A stretch of DNA of 64,000 nt from Candidatus Heimdallarchaeota archaeon. Its GTDB lineage: Archaea > Asgardarchaeota > Heimdallarchaeia > Heimdallarchaeales > Heimdallarchaeaceae. Positions 9,894 through 18,838 of the stretch are shown here, piece after piece. The stretch is from the NCBI GenBank assembly GCA_030668875.1, contig DAOVER010000005.1:26597-90596 (forward strand), in the 5' to 3' direction. The notes below the pieces were generated by a model. That model saw only the letters and a list, made by a program, of their open reading frames with translations. It did not search any database and had not been told where the DNA came from. Every line of letters starts with the position of its first letter. Within the stretch, counting starts at the first letter, position 1. The translations under genes and the position numbers were made by a program.

Positions 9894-10754
9894 TCATTTA
9901 TCATAGATATAGAAGCCTTCTCTTGTTTTCTTTCCCAGCTTTCCCTCATTCACTAATTTACTGAGAATTTTAGCTGGTTTGTAACTCACACCTAGTTGTT
10001 CTTCCAGATATTGACCAATATCTAAAATAACATCTAAGCCTATGTAGTCAGATAACTCAAATGGCCCCATAGGATGATTAAGCCCAAGTTTAATTGCAGA
10101 GTCGATAAATTCTTTATCAGAAATACCATTTTCAAACAATTTGTAAGCTTCATTCAAGAAGGGCCAAAGTAAACGATTTACTATGAAACCAGGTGCCTCA
10201 TTTGATGGTACTGCAATTTTACCTAACCTGGTACATAAAGCAATTATGTCTTCTACTACTGACTCACTTGTTCTTCTCCCTTTAATAATTTCAACAAGTT
10301 TCATGAGTTGTGGAGGATTAAAGAAATGCATCCCTAGAAACTTGGAAGGTCTGTTAGTTACATCAGCTAAACTGCTAATACTTAAGGCAGAAGTATTACT
10401 AGCAAATATTACTTCATCAGAGCAAATTGAATCCAATTCTATAAACAGGTTCTTTTTGGCACTCTCATTTTCAATAATTGCCTCGATTACTAGTTGAATA
10501 TCTTTGGTAGCTTCTTCTAAATTAGTGCTCAGAATAACACGTTTAAGAATCTCTTTAGATTCATTTGGAGTTATTTTTTCTTTTTCTATACTTCTTTTAA
10601 GAAACTTCTTTATGTGTTCAAGTCCTCTATCAAGATACTTCTGTTCAACATCTACTAAAACAACTTCAATTTTTGCTTGTGCAAAAACAAGAGCTATTCC
10701 ACTCCCCATAGTTCCGGAACCAATAACTGCTATTCGGTTAATATCTGTGATCAT
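9894..10754 (-). CDS. hbd: 3-hydroxyacyl/3-hydroxybutyryl-CoA dehydrogenase
   Basis: Rossmann motif IAVIGSGTMGSGIA, plus NTSALSIS, GMHFFNPP and a C-terminal GKLGKKT..GFY motif. Confidence 0.9.
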   Translation of the reverse strand: MITDINRIAVIGSGTMGSGIALVFAQAKIEVVLVDVEQKYLDRGLEHIKKFLKRSIEKEKITPNESKEILKRVILSTNLEEATKDIQLVIEAIIENESAKKNLFIELDSICSDEVIFASNTSALSISSLADVTNRPSKFLGMHFFNPPQLMKLVEIIKGRRTSESVVEDIIALCTRLGKIAVPSNEAPGFIVNRLLWPFLNEAYKLFENGISDKEFIDSAIKLGLNHPMGPFELSDYIGLDVILDIGQYLEEQLGVSYKPAKILSKLVNEGKLGKKTREGFYIYDK

Positions 10755-10943
10755 ATAACCAATTTATCTCCTTAATATATTTAAGAATTAAGCAACAAAA
10801 GTTTTCTAGTAGTTAACTAAATGTGAGTTTGATATAGTTCTGCTTGATGGAAGTTGTGAATGTAATGTATTTTCTCTCGTAACCTCTTAGTATTACATCG
10901 CCTTTTATTCGTTTTTATGAATTTTTAACTGGGTGCCTTATAG

Positions 10944-11495
10944 ATGAACCCACATGTTGAAGTGAAATTTAGAGATTATGATATCTATAAACTAGTTATT
11001 TGTGGTCCCGGTAAATCAGGTAAAACATCTATTTGTAAAAGATTAACTCAGAATACTTTTCAAAAGAAGTATCAACCAACTTGTGGGGCTGAATTTCACA
11101 GTTATTCATTCAAAACATCTAAAGGTAAAGCAGTGGCTCTTTTCTACGATATGGCAGGACAAAAGCGTTTTGGTGTTGTAAGGAATCTTCTCTATTCAGG
11201 TACTAATGCTGCAGCAATTGTTTTTGACATATCAAACAAAGAATCCTTTCGAGAATGTGCAAAATGGATCAGAGAACTAAGAACTCAAAACAAAGAATTA
11301 GACATCACTATTGTAGGGAATAAAACAGATTCTACGCGAGATGTTGAGAAAATTGATGCTGAGAGAATTAGTCGCAGACTTGGTTGTAGATACGTTGAAA
11401 CTTCAGCTTTAACCGGCGATGGTATAGGAGATTTAGTTAAAACTTTGGTAAGTTCTGCTATTATTAGTTCTAATAAGAAATTTGTAGGGAGATAA
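10944..11495 (+). CDS. Ras-superfamily (Rab/Ras-like) small GTPase
   Basis: G1 GPGKSGKT, switch-I Thr (QPTCGAEF), G3 DMAGQ, G4 GNKTD and G5 ETSAL. There is no C-terminal Cys for prenylation. Confidence 0.85.
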   Translation: MNPHVEVKFRDYDIYKLVICGPGKSGKTSICKRLTQNTFQKKYQPTCGAEFHSYSFKTSKGKAVALFYDMAGQKRFGVVRNLLYSGTNAAAIVFDISNKESFRECAKWIRELRTQNKELDITIVGNKTDSTRDVEKIDAERISRRLGCRYVETSALTGDGIGDLVKTLVSSAIISSNKKFVGR

Positions 11496-11575
11496 TATCT
11501 GACAATTTTCTTCAACACACCGATTATTTTTCACAAAGAAGCGAAATATTTTTCAAAGTTCAAAGTATTTGTAAG

Positions 11576-12007
11576 TTGATGAGTAGTAAAAGTAAACTAA
11601 CCTCCAATATTCGAATATATATCATTCAGTATGCTATATTTATCTTTGGTGGCATACTTGCAATCGCGGGAATATATATGATTAATCTTGAGGGATTAGC
11701 AGCTGCAGGATTTATTCTCCTGAGCTTAGGTTCCGTTTTTATTGTTTTATCTTATATATATGCGAGGTATGGTGCTAGGGTAATTGGTACAAATTGTCCT
11801 TTCTGCTATGGAGTAGGTTATACTGATAAAGGAAAAATGGGAGCAAAAGAACTCTGCCCTGTCTGTGAAGGATCAGGAAAAATGTATTCCAAATCTCAAC
11901 AACATCTCATGGAAGAACAAAGGAGAAAAGAAATAACGAAAAGTGAAACTTCACGCAGAGTAGAACTTACTGAAGAAGAACGTGATGAAAATTCCAAAAA
12001 CCAATAG
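11576..12007 (+). CDS. membrane protein with DnaJ-type CxxCxGxG zinc-finger pair
   Basis: Two N-terminal TM helices, then CPFCYGVGY and CPVCEGSGK, then a charged tail. Confidence 0.5.
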   Translation: MMSSKSKLTSNIRIYIIQYAIFIFGGILAIAGIYMINLEGLAAAGFILLSLGSVFIVLSYIYARYGARVIGTNCPFCYGVGYTDKGKMGAKELCPVCEGSGKMYSKSQQHLMEEQRRKEITKSETSRRVELTEEERDENSKNQ

Positions 12008-12105
12008 AAATTGATCGAAGATATAAAAACACTTGAAAAAATTGAGTGTGAACCTAACTCTGTGAAAACTCTTAAGAACATTGAAAATCATATAGAATCA
12101 ACTAT

Positions 12106-12612
12106 ATGACTTCTTTAACTGTAATATATGGTGATGGAAGAGGAAAAACTAGTTCTGCTATTGGTTACTTATATCGCAAAATTACTGAAGAAAAAAACAT
12201 AATTGTTGCTCAATTTTTGAAAACTGGAAAAAATTGTGGTGAATGCAATTTCTTTGAGTCTTTTCCTAACGTCATGTGGTTTTGTTTTGGAAAAAAAGAA
12301 TTTTATCATGAAAAGAATAAAAAAGAATTTCAGGAAATTATAGAAGTTGGTTTTCAACAATTAAAAGAAACAGTAAATCATGGAAAGGTTGATATCTTAA
12401 TTCTAGATGAAGTTGGTATTGCTTTATTCTTTGATTTAATAGATTGGAGAGAGATAGAATGCCTCTTTCAATTCGTGAAGGAGGAAGTTATAATCACAGG
12501 CAGAAAAATCCCCGATATTGCTCTTCGAGATGCTAGCACTTCCATATATATAAAAGAAATAAAACATCCTTACAAAGCTGGGATTCAAGCAAGAAAAGGT
12601 ATCGACTATTAA
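12106..12612 (+). CDS. cobO: cob(I)alamin/cob(I)yrinic acid a,c-diamide adenosyltransferase (CobA/CobO/BtuR family)
   Basis: P-loop-like GDGRGKTSSAIG, then AQFLK, ILILDEVGIAL, ITGRKIP and KHPYKAGIQARKGIDY at the C-terminus. Confidence 0.75.
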   Translation: MTSLTVIYGDGRGKTSSAIGYLYRKITEEKNIIVAQFLKTGKNCGECNFFESFPNVMWFCFGKKEFYHEKNKKEFQEIIEVGFQQLKETVNHGKVDILILDEVGIALFFDLIDWREIECLFQFVKEEVIITGRKIPDIALRDASTSIYIKEIKHPYKAGIQARKGIDY

Positions 12613-12794
12613 TTGTAATAACTAACAAGAATTATACAATTATCACTCATCACCTTAATAAAGAACAAGGCTAGATTTCAGTTGAATTACTTTTGAAGAA
12701 GGGTCTCCCTACGAAGAAGTTAAATTGACTTAGAGTATAGCTTAAACTGAGTATTGTCTTTATATACTCTAACCTCTTCGGTCAAGTAGCAAAG

Positions 12795-14111
12795 GTGTAT
12801 AGTATGAGCAAAAATAAGCAGGAGAAGACGGTTGAGCCTGAAATAAAGGAAGTTGAGGAACAATATGAAGAGCTCCTTATAGAAGAAGCTAGAAAAGAGA
12901 TGGTTGAATCAGATGAGATAGTCTCAATTTTAGAAATAAAGGATGTTCCTGGTTTAGGCAAAAAAAGTCAAGATGTCTTAGCTGATAATAATATATTAAC
13001 GATTGATCAATTGATGACAACAAGATTAATTGAATTGCAAGCAATGGGATTACAACGTGCTACGATCAAAAAAGCCCGTGCTGTAATCTCCAAATCAGTT
13101 GCAAAATACAAATATTTTAAGGAAGAATTGGGACTCGAGGATCTTCCAGGAGTTGGAAAATCAACTGCGGACATGTTACGCGAAAAGGGTTTGAATGTCT
13201 ACCTTCTTGAAACAACTCCTATTCGTGAACTAGAAGATAAGTATGGAATTACAGAAACTGCTTCAAAGAAGTATAAGGAAGGGTTAAGCGAGTTAAGAGG
13301 AGGGATTGACTTTGTTAGTGCTTTTGAAATAATGGAAAAACAAACGGACGCTCCCTCTTTCACCTATGGAATAAAGGCTTTAGATGCATTAACTACCATT
13401 GAGGAACTTGATGTATCGGGTGTGAGGCTAGGAGAAACATTAGAACTTTTTGGCCCGTTTAGATCTGGCAAATCACAGATCTGCCATCAACTTTGTGTAA
13501 CAGTACAATTGCCAACTGAATTAGGGGGGGTAGGAAAGAAAGCAGTTTTTATTGATACTGAAGGAACTTTCTCACCTAGTAGAATTAAGGCTGTTCATGC
13601 TAGATTACAGAGTGAACTCGGTTGGGAAAAGAGCTTTGAAGATGTCCTTAAGGACATAACTTATGCAAGAGCTTACAACTCAGACCATCAAATGAGTTTA
13701 GTAGAAAGACTACTTGAATTGTTCTACAATCATAAGGATGAGTATGGTTTTGTAGCTGTAGATTCAGCAACCGCACATTTCAGAGCTGAATATGCAGGCA
13801 GAGGAACGTTAGCTGAAAGACAACAAACAATCAATCATCATTTAGGCATATTAGGTAGACTAGCTGACACATACACTGTTGCTGTTGCAATAACGAATCA
13901 AGTTCAGTCAAATCCTGCAGCCTTCTTCGGTGATCCGACACAAGCTATTGGCGGGAATATTTTAGGTCATTGGGCAGTAACAAGATTTTATTTGAGAAAA
14001 TCAAAAGGTGAAAAACGAATAATAAGAATATATGATTCGCCGTATTTACCTGAATCAGAAGCAGTTTTCGCAATTACTCCAGAAGGCTGCATCGATGTAG
14101 AAGGCGGTTAA
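12795..14111 (+). CDS. radA: RadA/Rad51-family recombinase with an extended N-terminus carrying two HhH-type segments
   Basis: Walker A GPFRSGKSQ, Walker B FVAVDSATAHFRAEY, and ITNQV...GGNILGH. The N-terminus has DVPGLGKKSQDVL and DLPGVGKSTADML. An ATG at 12801 is an alternative start. Confidence 0.9.
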   Translation: MYSMSKNKQEKTVEPEIKEVEEQYEELLIEEARKEMVESDEIVSILEIKDVPGLGKKSQDVLADNNILTIDQLMTTRLIELQAMGLQRATIKKARAVISKSVAKYKYFKEELGLEDLPGVGKSTADMLREKGLNVYLLETTPIRELEDKYGITETASKKYKEGLSELRGGIDFVSAFEIMEKQTDAPSFTYGIKALDALTTIEELDVSGVRLGETLELFGPFRSGKSQICHQLCVTVQLPTELGGVGKKAVFIDTEGTFSPSRIKAVHARLQSELGWEKSFEDVLKDITYARAYNSDHQMSLVERLLELFYNHKDEYGFVAVDSATAHFRAEYAGRGTLAERQQTINHHLGILGRLADTYTVAVAITNQVQSNPAAFFGDPTQAIGGNILGHWAVTRFYLRKSKGEKRIIRIYDSPYLPESEAVFAITPEGCIDVEGG

Positions 14112-14117
14112 CTTTTT

Positions 14118-14768
14118 TTATTGAGTGTTGCCACAATTACCACAAAACTTCCAATTGATATTAATTGTTGAACCGCAATTCGGACACTTACCGAGATATT
14201 TACGAGGAATAGAGGTAAGATTCATTTTAGAGGGACCATATTTTGTTAAAGGAGACACACCTATCATTTCAGTTGGTTCGGAGACATAATCCTGTAATAC
14301 ATCTAAATCACTTCCTTCGGATGAAGAAACATCATTAAAGTGATACGATTTATGTGGGGGAGATTGTGATATGGAACTACCAAATAAGTTCGTTATATCG
14401 ATGTCGTCATTATCAATATCAACTCTCTCTACATATGCTTTGTTCGGTTCAGGTTGAAAATTAACTGAAAGTTGGTTTAAAGCATCAAACTGTGTCTCCA
14501 GAGTCGAGGGTGATGTGTTTGATTCAATCTCACAAGCAGGATTAGAATGGAGTTTATCGTAAATTTTACAATAGGCTGACATTGAACAAGTTTTTTCCCC
14601 AACTTTAATATTTGGAGACTGGTCAATAAATGATCTTCCAATCAATAGTGTACCATTAAGAGAATGAACTTTAAGACCTTGTTCAATAAGAGCTCGAAGG
14701 ATGTCCTTTGGATCGAATTTCAATCCATTGATCTCAACAATCCCCTTAACTTCATTAAGATTCATCAT
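14118..14768 (-). CDS. hypothetical protein with a C-terminal zinc ribbon; the N-terminus is weakly ThiS/MoaD (beta-grasp)-like
   Basis: C-terminal CPNCGSTININWKFCGNCGN. The N-terminal EINGLKFDPKDILRALIEQGLKVHSLNGTLLIGR...IKVGEK resembles the ThiS pattern (weak). Confidence 0.45.
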   Translation of the reverse strand: MMNLNEVKGIVEINGLKFDPKDILRALIEQGLKVHSLNGTLLIGRSFIDQSPNIKVGEKTCSMSAYCKIYDKLHSNPACEIESNTSPSTLETQFDALNQLSVNFQPEPNKAYVERVDIDNDDIDITNLFGSSISQSPPHKSYHFNDVSSSEGSDLDVLQDYVSEPTEMIGVSPLTKYGPSKMNLTSIPRKYLGKCPNCGSTININWKFCGNCGNTQ

Positions 14769-14854
14769 TTATCAAGATGACATTAACTTTGATAGGTTAA
14801 AAAATAAGTATCATATCAATATGGATGAGGGTATTACTTTTATATTTTTCAAAC

Positions 14855-15538
14855 TTATTGATATTTTAAGTGAATAGCTTTGGTAACCCTCTCTAACCAA
14901 TCATCTAATTTAGAAATAAGCTCGCTGTGAATATCTGGTAGAAGAATGTCCCCTTCTGGCATTTTTCCAACTCTCTTAACCCAAGAATTGAGTTCATAAA
15001 GCATTGGAGACATGCCCACTTGAGTTTCTACTTCAGCTCTTAAATCTTCAAGCATCTTTCCAATGTTACCACAACTAGATTGTGGGGTTATCATTTGACT
15101 TATATGTTTGAATTTACTTGAGACAGCATTAAAAGCTGCATCGGCTCCATTTGATGCATCAAATGAAGGATCCTTCTCTTCAAGAGCTGGTGAAACATAT
15201 TCTTCCTTAGGTTTTTCAGGCTCTTTAACCTCCGCAGGAGCAGCATATTCTTTTTTCTTTCCTGACTTCTTTGCTGGAGCAGCAACTACTGAGTTTGATA
15301 ATCCATCTATTTTTGAAGCTAAATCGGCGATCATACCTTTCATATTTGGAATATCACCTACTTTTAGACCAACTTCAGAAACCTGTGATTCGACATTTGA
15401 AAAACCGATCATCTTTGTATCTAATTGAGTGATCTGGGTCGACAATTTAGTAATGGCTTCATTCACATTTTGAACTAAGTTAGACAATTTATTTATTGAG
15501 TTGATTAGTTGAACTAACATTTCCTCTGGATTACTCAT
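14855..15538 (-). CDS. hypothetical coiled-coil protein (227 aa)
   Basis: Intact ORF with an N-terminal heptad-like region and a K/E/P-rich linker. No motif recognised. Confidence 0.5.
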   Translation of the reverse strand: MSNPEEMLVQLINSINKLSNLVQNVNEAITKLSTQITQLDTKMIGFSNVESQVSEVGLKVGDIPNMKGMIADLASKIDGLSNSVVAAPAKKSGKKKEYAAPAEVKEPEKPKEEYVSPALEEKDPSFDASNGADAAFNAVSSKFKHISQMITPQSSCGNIGKMLEDLRAEVETQVGMSPMLYELNSWVKRVGKMPEGDILLPDIHSELISKLDDWLERVTKAIHLKYQ

Positions 15539-15690
15539 ATAATCTCACAGTTGTAAAGAATACATCGAATTTAAAAAGAGTTTTGGAAGAGGTTATCAAT
15601 TTTCATAATAGAAACTATATAAAACATTCTAAGTCACTAGAGCATTAGTAATGTTAATAAATCTAACTCGCTTTTCTTAAATGACAGCTA

Positions 15691-15855
15691 ATGAGTGAAA
15701 GAGACATTGTCGAATTACTAGTAAGGTGGCGTTCGCTAGCAATGATGCTTGAAAGAGAGGAATTCAAAAGAATAGCAGGGGATCAAAAGGGTCTAATTGC
15801 AGCCGTTCTTATGATATTACTAGAGATGCAACAAAACTCGTCTGGAGGATACTAA
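15691..15855 (+). CDS. small ORF (54 aa) upstream of the E2 gene, absent from the ORF track
   Basis: My translation is MSERDIVELLVRWRSLAMMLEREEFKRIAGDQKGLIAAVLMILLEMQQNSSGGY. It ends 43 nt before the E2 start. There is no homology support. Confidence 0.25.
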   Translation: MSERDIVELLVRWRSLAMMLEREEFKRIAGDQKGLIAAVLMILLEMQQNSSGGY

Positions 15856-15898
15856 ACTTAATCTCAATTAGTCAAATCTAAAGGAAGGATTTGAACAA

Positions 15899-16366
15899 AT
15901 GTTAGCAGAAGAAGAGTTCTGGCCAAGGATAGCAATTGAAGCTAATGAATTGAAAAAAGAGCTTCCAACATTTAAACCAGTGGACAATAATACTTTGTTT
16001 TGGAGAGGATTCATTTTTGGAGCTGGGTTATATGAAGAAGGAGTATTTGTTCTTGAAATTGAAATTCCCAGAGAATATCCCTTCAAACCACCAAAAGTCA
16101 AAATGTTAACAAAAGTATTCCACGCAAATGTTTTCGATACAAGAATATGCGTAGGAGTATTAGGAGTAGATTGGACACCTGCTAATAACCTAGTAGATGT
16201 AATTGAATCAATAAGGTTCATACTTAGCAATCCAAATCCAGATGATCCTTTGAACTCTACGGCTGCTAATTTGATGAAACGTGATCCAAAGGAATATTCC
16301 CGCAAAGTAAGAGAATATGTTGAGAAGTATGCTACTTTTGAGCAGATAGGCAAATATTCGTTGTAG
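15899..16366 (+). CDS. ubiquitin-conjugating enzyme E2 (UBC fold)
   Basis: YPFKPPKVKMLTKVFHANV...RICVGVLGVDWTPANNL matches the UBC core: an HPN-like HAN triad, a catalytic Cys, and W-x-P-A. Confidence 0.85.
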   Translation: MLAEEEFWPRIAIEANELKKELPTFKPVDNNTLFWRGFIFGAGLYEEGVFVLEIEIPREYPFKPPKVKMLTKVFHANVFDTRICVGVLGVDWTPANNLVDVIESIRFILSNPNPDDPLNSTAANLMKRDPKEYSRKVREYVEKYATFEQIGKYSL

Positions 16367-16432
16367 AAAAGTGTTTATGCTAAAATATCAACAGAGGGAA
16401 TTTTTATTTATCTACAGGCTTAAGATAAATTA

Positions 16433-17242
16433 ATGCCACCAGGTTATATTCAAGAAATATTCTCCAGTTTTCAAGGTGAAGGAGCTTCTATTGAAGGAAG
16501 TTGCTATGGTTTAAGACAAATTTTCGTTCGGTTTTCAGGATGTCCTCTTGCTCTAGGAGTACATGGAACCAAAGGATGCATTTGGTGTGATTCTCCCAAA
16601 GCTAAAATAGCAAAACAAGAAACATGTTACATTGAAACAGATGCGGGAAATCAAGAATTTAGAGAAGAGAAAAATCCAATAAGCCCAGAAAACATCATAA
16701 AAATTATTCAGAACTTGACAACCAAAGACTTACACACCATTAGTTTGACAGGAGGAGAACCACTTTATCAACCTCAATTTCTTGAAGAGCTTCTCAATCA
16801 ACTCAAAACTGAAAGTTATAAAATATTCCTGGAAACAGCTTTCACTGATGATTTCAAGTTTCTTGAAAAAATTGCAAGTAAGATAGATTATGCTTGCGTA
16901 GATTTAAAGGATAGAACTGCAGGTGCATCAACCAATTGGGAACAGCTCATTGAGGAGGAAAGCAAAATGGTGAAAATTTTGAAAAATGCTGGGACTAAGG
17001 TTTTTGCAAAAACTGTAATAACTAAATCCTCAAAAAAAGAAGATTTTGAAGTAATCACAAAGAAATGCTCAGAAAATGATGTTCCAATTGTAATCCAGAT
17101 TGTAACGCCCATTAGGGGAACAAAAATATTACAACCAACGTGGAATCAAATCAAAGAATTCTCTGAATTAGCCGGAAAATATTTACCTCCCGAAAAGATT
17201 GGTATTTCTGTCCAGATGCACAAAAGTATAAACATACTATAG
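16433..17242 (+). CDS. queE: 7-carboxy-7-deazaguanine synthase (radical SAM)
   Basis: N-terminal IFSSFQGEGASIEG, then RFSGCPLA...CIWCDS (cluster Cys residues) and LTGGEPL. Confidence 0.8.
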   Translation: MPPGYIQEIFSSFQGEGASIEGSCYGLRQIFVRFSGCPLALGVHGTKGCIWCDSPKAKIAKQETCYIETDAGNQEFREEKNPISPENIIKIIQNLTTKDLHTISLTGGEPLYQPQFLEELLNQLKTESYKIFLETAFTDDFKFLEKIASKIDYACVDLKDRTAGASTNWEQLIEEESKMVKILKNAGTKVFAKTVITKSSKKEDFEVITKKCSENDVPIVIQIVTPIRGTKILQPTWNQIKEFSELAGKYLPPEKIGISVQMHKSINIL

Positions 17243-17254
17243 AGGCCCATAAAA

Positions 17255-18226
17255 ATGAAAGTTAAAAATGACAAACTATCTGATGTTCAATCCGATCCAT
17301 CAAGGATACAAATAGGAATTCGAAGAGTAGGAATCAGCGATATTCCTAAAATTATAAGACGAAAAAGATTCGGAGTATATAATGAATTATCAGCTAAAAT
17401 AGATGTTTATGTGGATCTTTTGCCCTCAAAAAGAGGTATTCACATGTCAAGGAATATTGAAGCAATAAATGAAGTTATTGCAACACTTACTGGAGAAGTA
17501 ATAACAGATTGTGAAGAGCTCTGTGCAAAAATTGCTGAGAAGGTAATTACAATTCAACCTGGAGCACGTTATGCAGAAGTTAGTTTAATAGCGGATTATG
17601 AGATGGAAACATTTTCAAATGCTATTTCTAGGAAAAAATCCAGCGTTCACAAGCTACGTGCTGGTGCATATGCCAAAAAAAAGGAGAATAAAATTACAAT
17701 AACAAAAGTTATTGGTGCAGAAGTTGAAGGTACAACTGTATGTCCATGCTCACAAGAACTTTCAAGAGATATATCTAAAGAGAGATTATTAAAAGAAGGA
17801 TTTTCCGAAGAACAAATCAAGAAAGTTATTGAAAATGTTCCAATGGCAGCTCATAATCAACGATCAAAATCTATACTTTTGTTCGAGCAACCTAGAGATG
17901 CAAAAAGAATAGAACTTGAAGATATCATTGAAATACTTGAAACATCAATGAGCGCTCCAATCCATGAAGTATTGAAAAGGAGAGATGAACTCGCAGTAGT
18001 ACTGTACGCCCATCAACATCCAGTTTTTGTTGAAGATGTTGTTCGAATCATATTGCGTAAAGTAAGTAAAAAATTTGTAAAGCAACCCCAAAATACTATT
18101 GTATCAGTAAAGCAGATAAATTATGAAAGCATACATCAACATAATGCAGTTGCTGAGGTTAAAACAACACTTGAAAGCCTAGATAAGCAATTAAACGGAT
18201 ATGAAAAGAATGAAAATACAGAATAA
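17255..18226 (+). CDS. folE2: GTP cyclohydrolase IB (FolE2/MptA family)
   Basis: LPSKRGIHMSRN and TVCPCSQELS motifs. Sits within the queE/queD/queC context. Confidence 0.75.
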   Translation: MKVKNDKLSDVQSDPSRIQIGIRRVGISDIPKIIRRKRFGVYNELSAKIDVYVDLLPSKRGIHMSRNIEAINEVIATLTGEVITDCEELCAKIAEKVITIQPGARYAEVSLIADYEMETFSNAISRKKSSVHKLRAGAYAKKKENKITITKVIGAEVEGTTVCPCSQELSRDISKERLLKEGFSEEQIKKVIENVPMAAHNQRSKSILLFEQPRDAKRIELEDIIEILETSMSAPIHEVLKRRDELAVVLYAHQHPVFVEDVVRIILRKVSKKFVKQPQNTIVSVKQINYESIHQHNAVAEVKTTLESLDKQLNGYEKNENTE

Positions 18227-18830
18227 AGGCAATTATTCTATTATAATTGAAGACTTGAAAAAATCAACAACTTATGATGGATCTCAGCTTTCAAGTCAGT
18301 TTACATCACAAAATTACAATGTAATAGGAAACTCAATCCTGGTTTTCAGAGGAGGGATGAAATTATCTCCAAAAGAGATGGTAGATATAAAAGATATTCA
18401 AAGAGAATCACACTTGAGTGATATTTTAATTAGTTCAGATGACAGTATACACTTTATCATAGAAGAATTTGACATTCAACCTCCAAACATGGAAATTGAA
18501 TATTATAGATTAAGAGTACTTACACAGCTAGTTATAGAATTTCTAAGGTCTAGAGGGATATCAACAACAAGAAAAGGTACAGACATATACATTCATGATA
18601 GGAAACTAAATGTAGGAATTGCAAGTATTAGTGTATCTAGTAGCAAAATACACTTTGGAATAAATCTGAGTTGTACAGGTTTTCCACAACATGTTAAAGC
18701 AACTTGTTTATTTGATTTGGACGTAAAAGAAGAGGAAATAGAAGGAATTGTTGTTCAAATAATAGAGAGATATGTGGAGGAAATACAACGAATAAAGGAA
18801 GATGTTGCAAAAACACGTTACATACATTAG
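18201..18830 (+). CDS. hypothetical protein embedded in the preQ0 operon (209 aa)
   Basis: Overlaps the folE2 3' end by 26 nt and ends 8 nt before queD. KGTDIYIHDRKLNVGIASISVSSSKIHFGINL is faintly reminiscent of the lipoate/biotin-ligase fold. Confidence 0.5.
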   Translation: MKRMKIQNKGNYSIIIEDLKKSTTYDGSQLSSQFTSQNYNVIGNSILVFRGGMKLSPKEMVDIKDIQRESHLSDILISSDDSIHFIIEEFDIQPPNMEIEYYRLRVLTQLVIEFLRSRGISTTRKGTDIYIHDRKLNVGIASISVSSSKIHFGINLSCTGFPQHVKATCLFDLDVKEEEIEGIVVQIIERYVEEIQRIKEDVAKTRYIH

Positions 18831-18838
18831 GTGATTAA

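Noticed and set aside
10183-10758. Plus-strand ORFs of 104 and 84 aa. Similar cases occur at 22313..22873, 36501..37061, 34460..34783, 29611..29955 and 59990..61287.
   Set aside because: All lie fully inside, and antisense to, well-supported genes (hbd, a hypothetical gene, PfkB kinase, a membrane protein, the transposase, Hef). In AT-rich DNA with few antisense stop codons these are expected artefacts.
15691-15855. The 54-aa ORF ending in GGY as a ubiquitin-like modifier
   Set aside because: It is too short and too helical-looking for a beta-grasp fold. The GG near the end is probably coincidental. It is kept only as a low-confidence small ORF.
15868-16353. 161-aa minus-strand ORF
   Set aside because: It is antisense to the E2 gene, which has a clear UBC signature.
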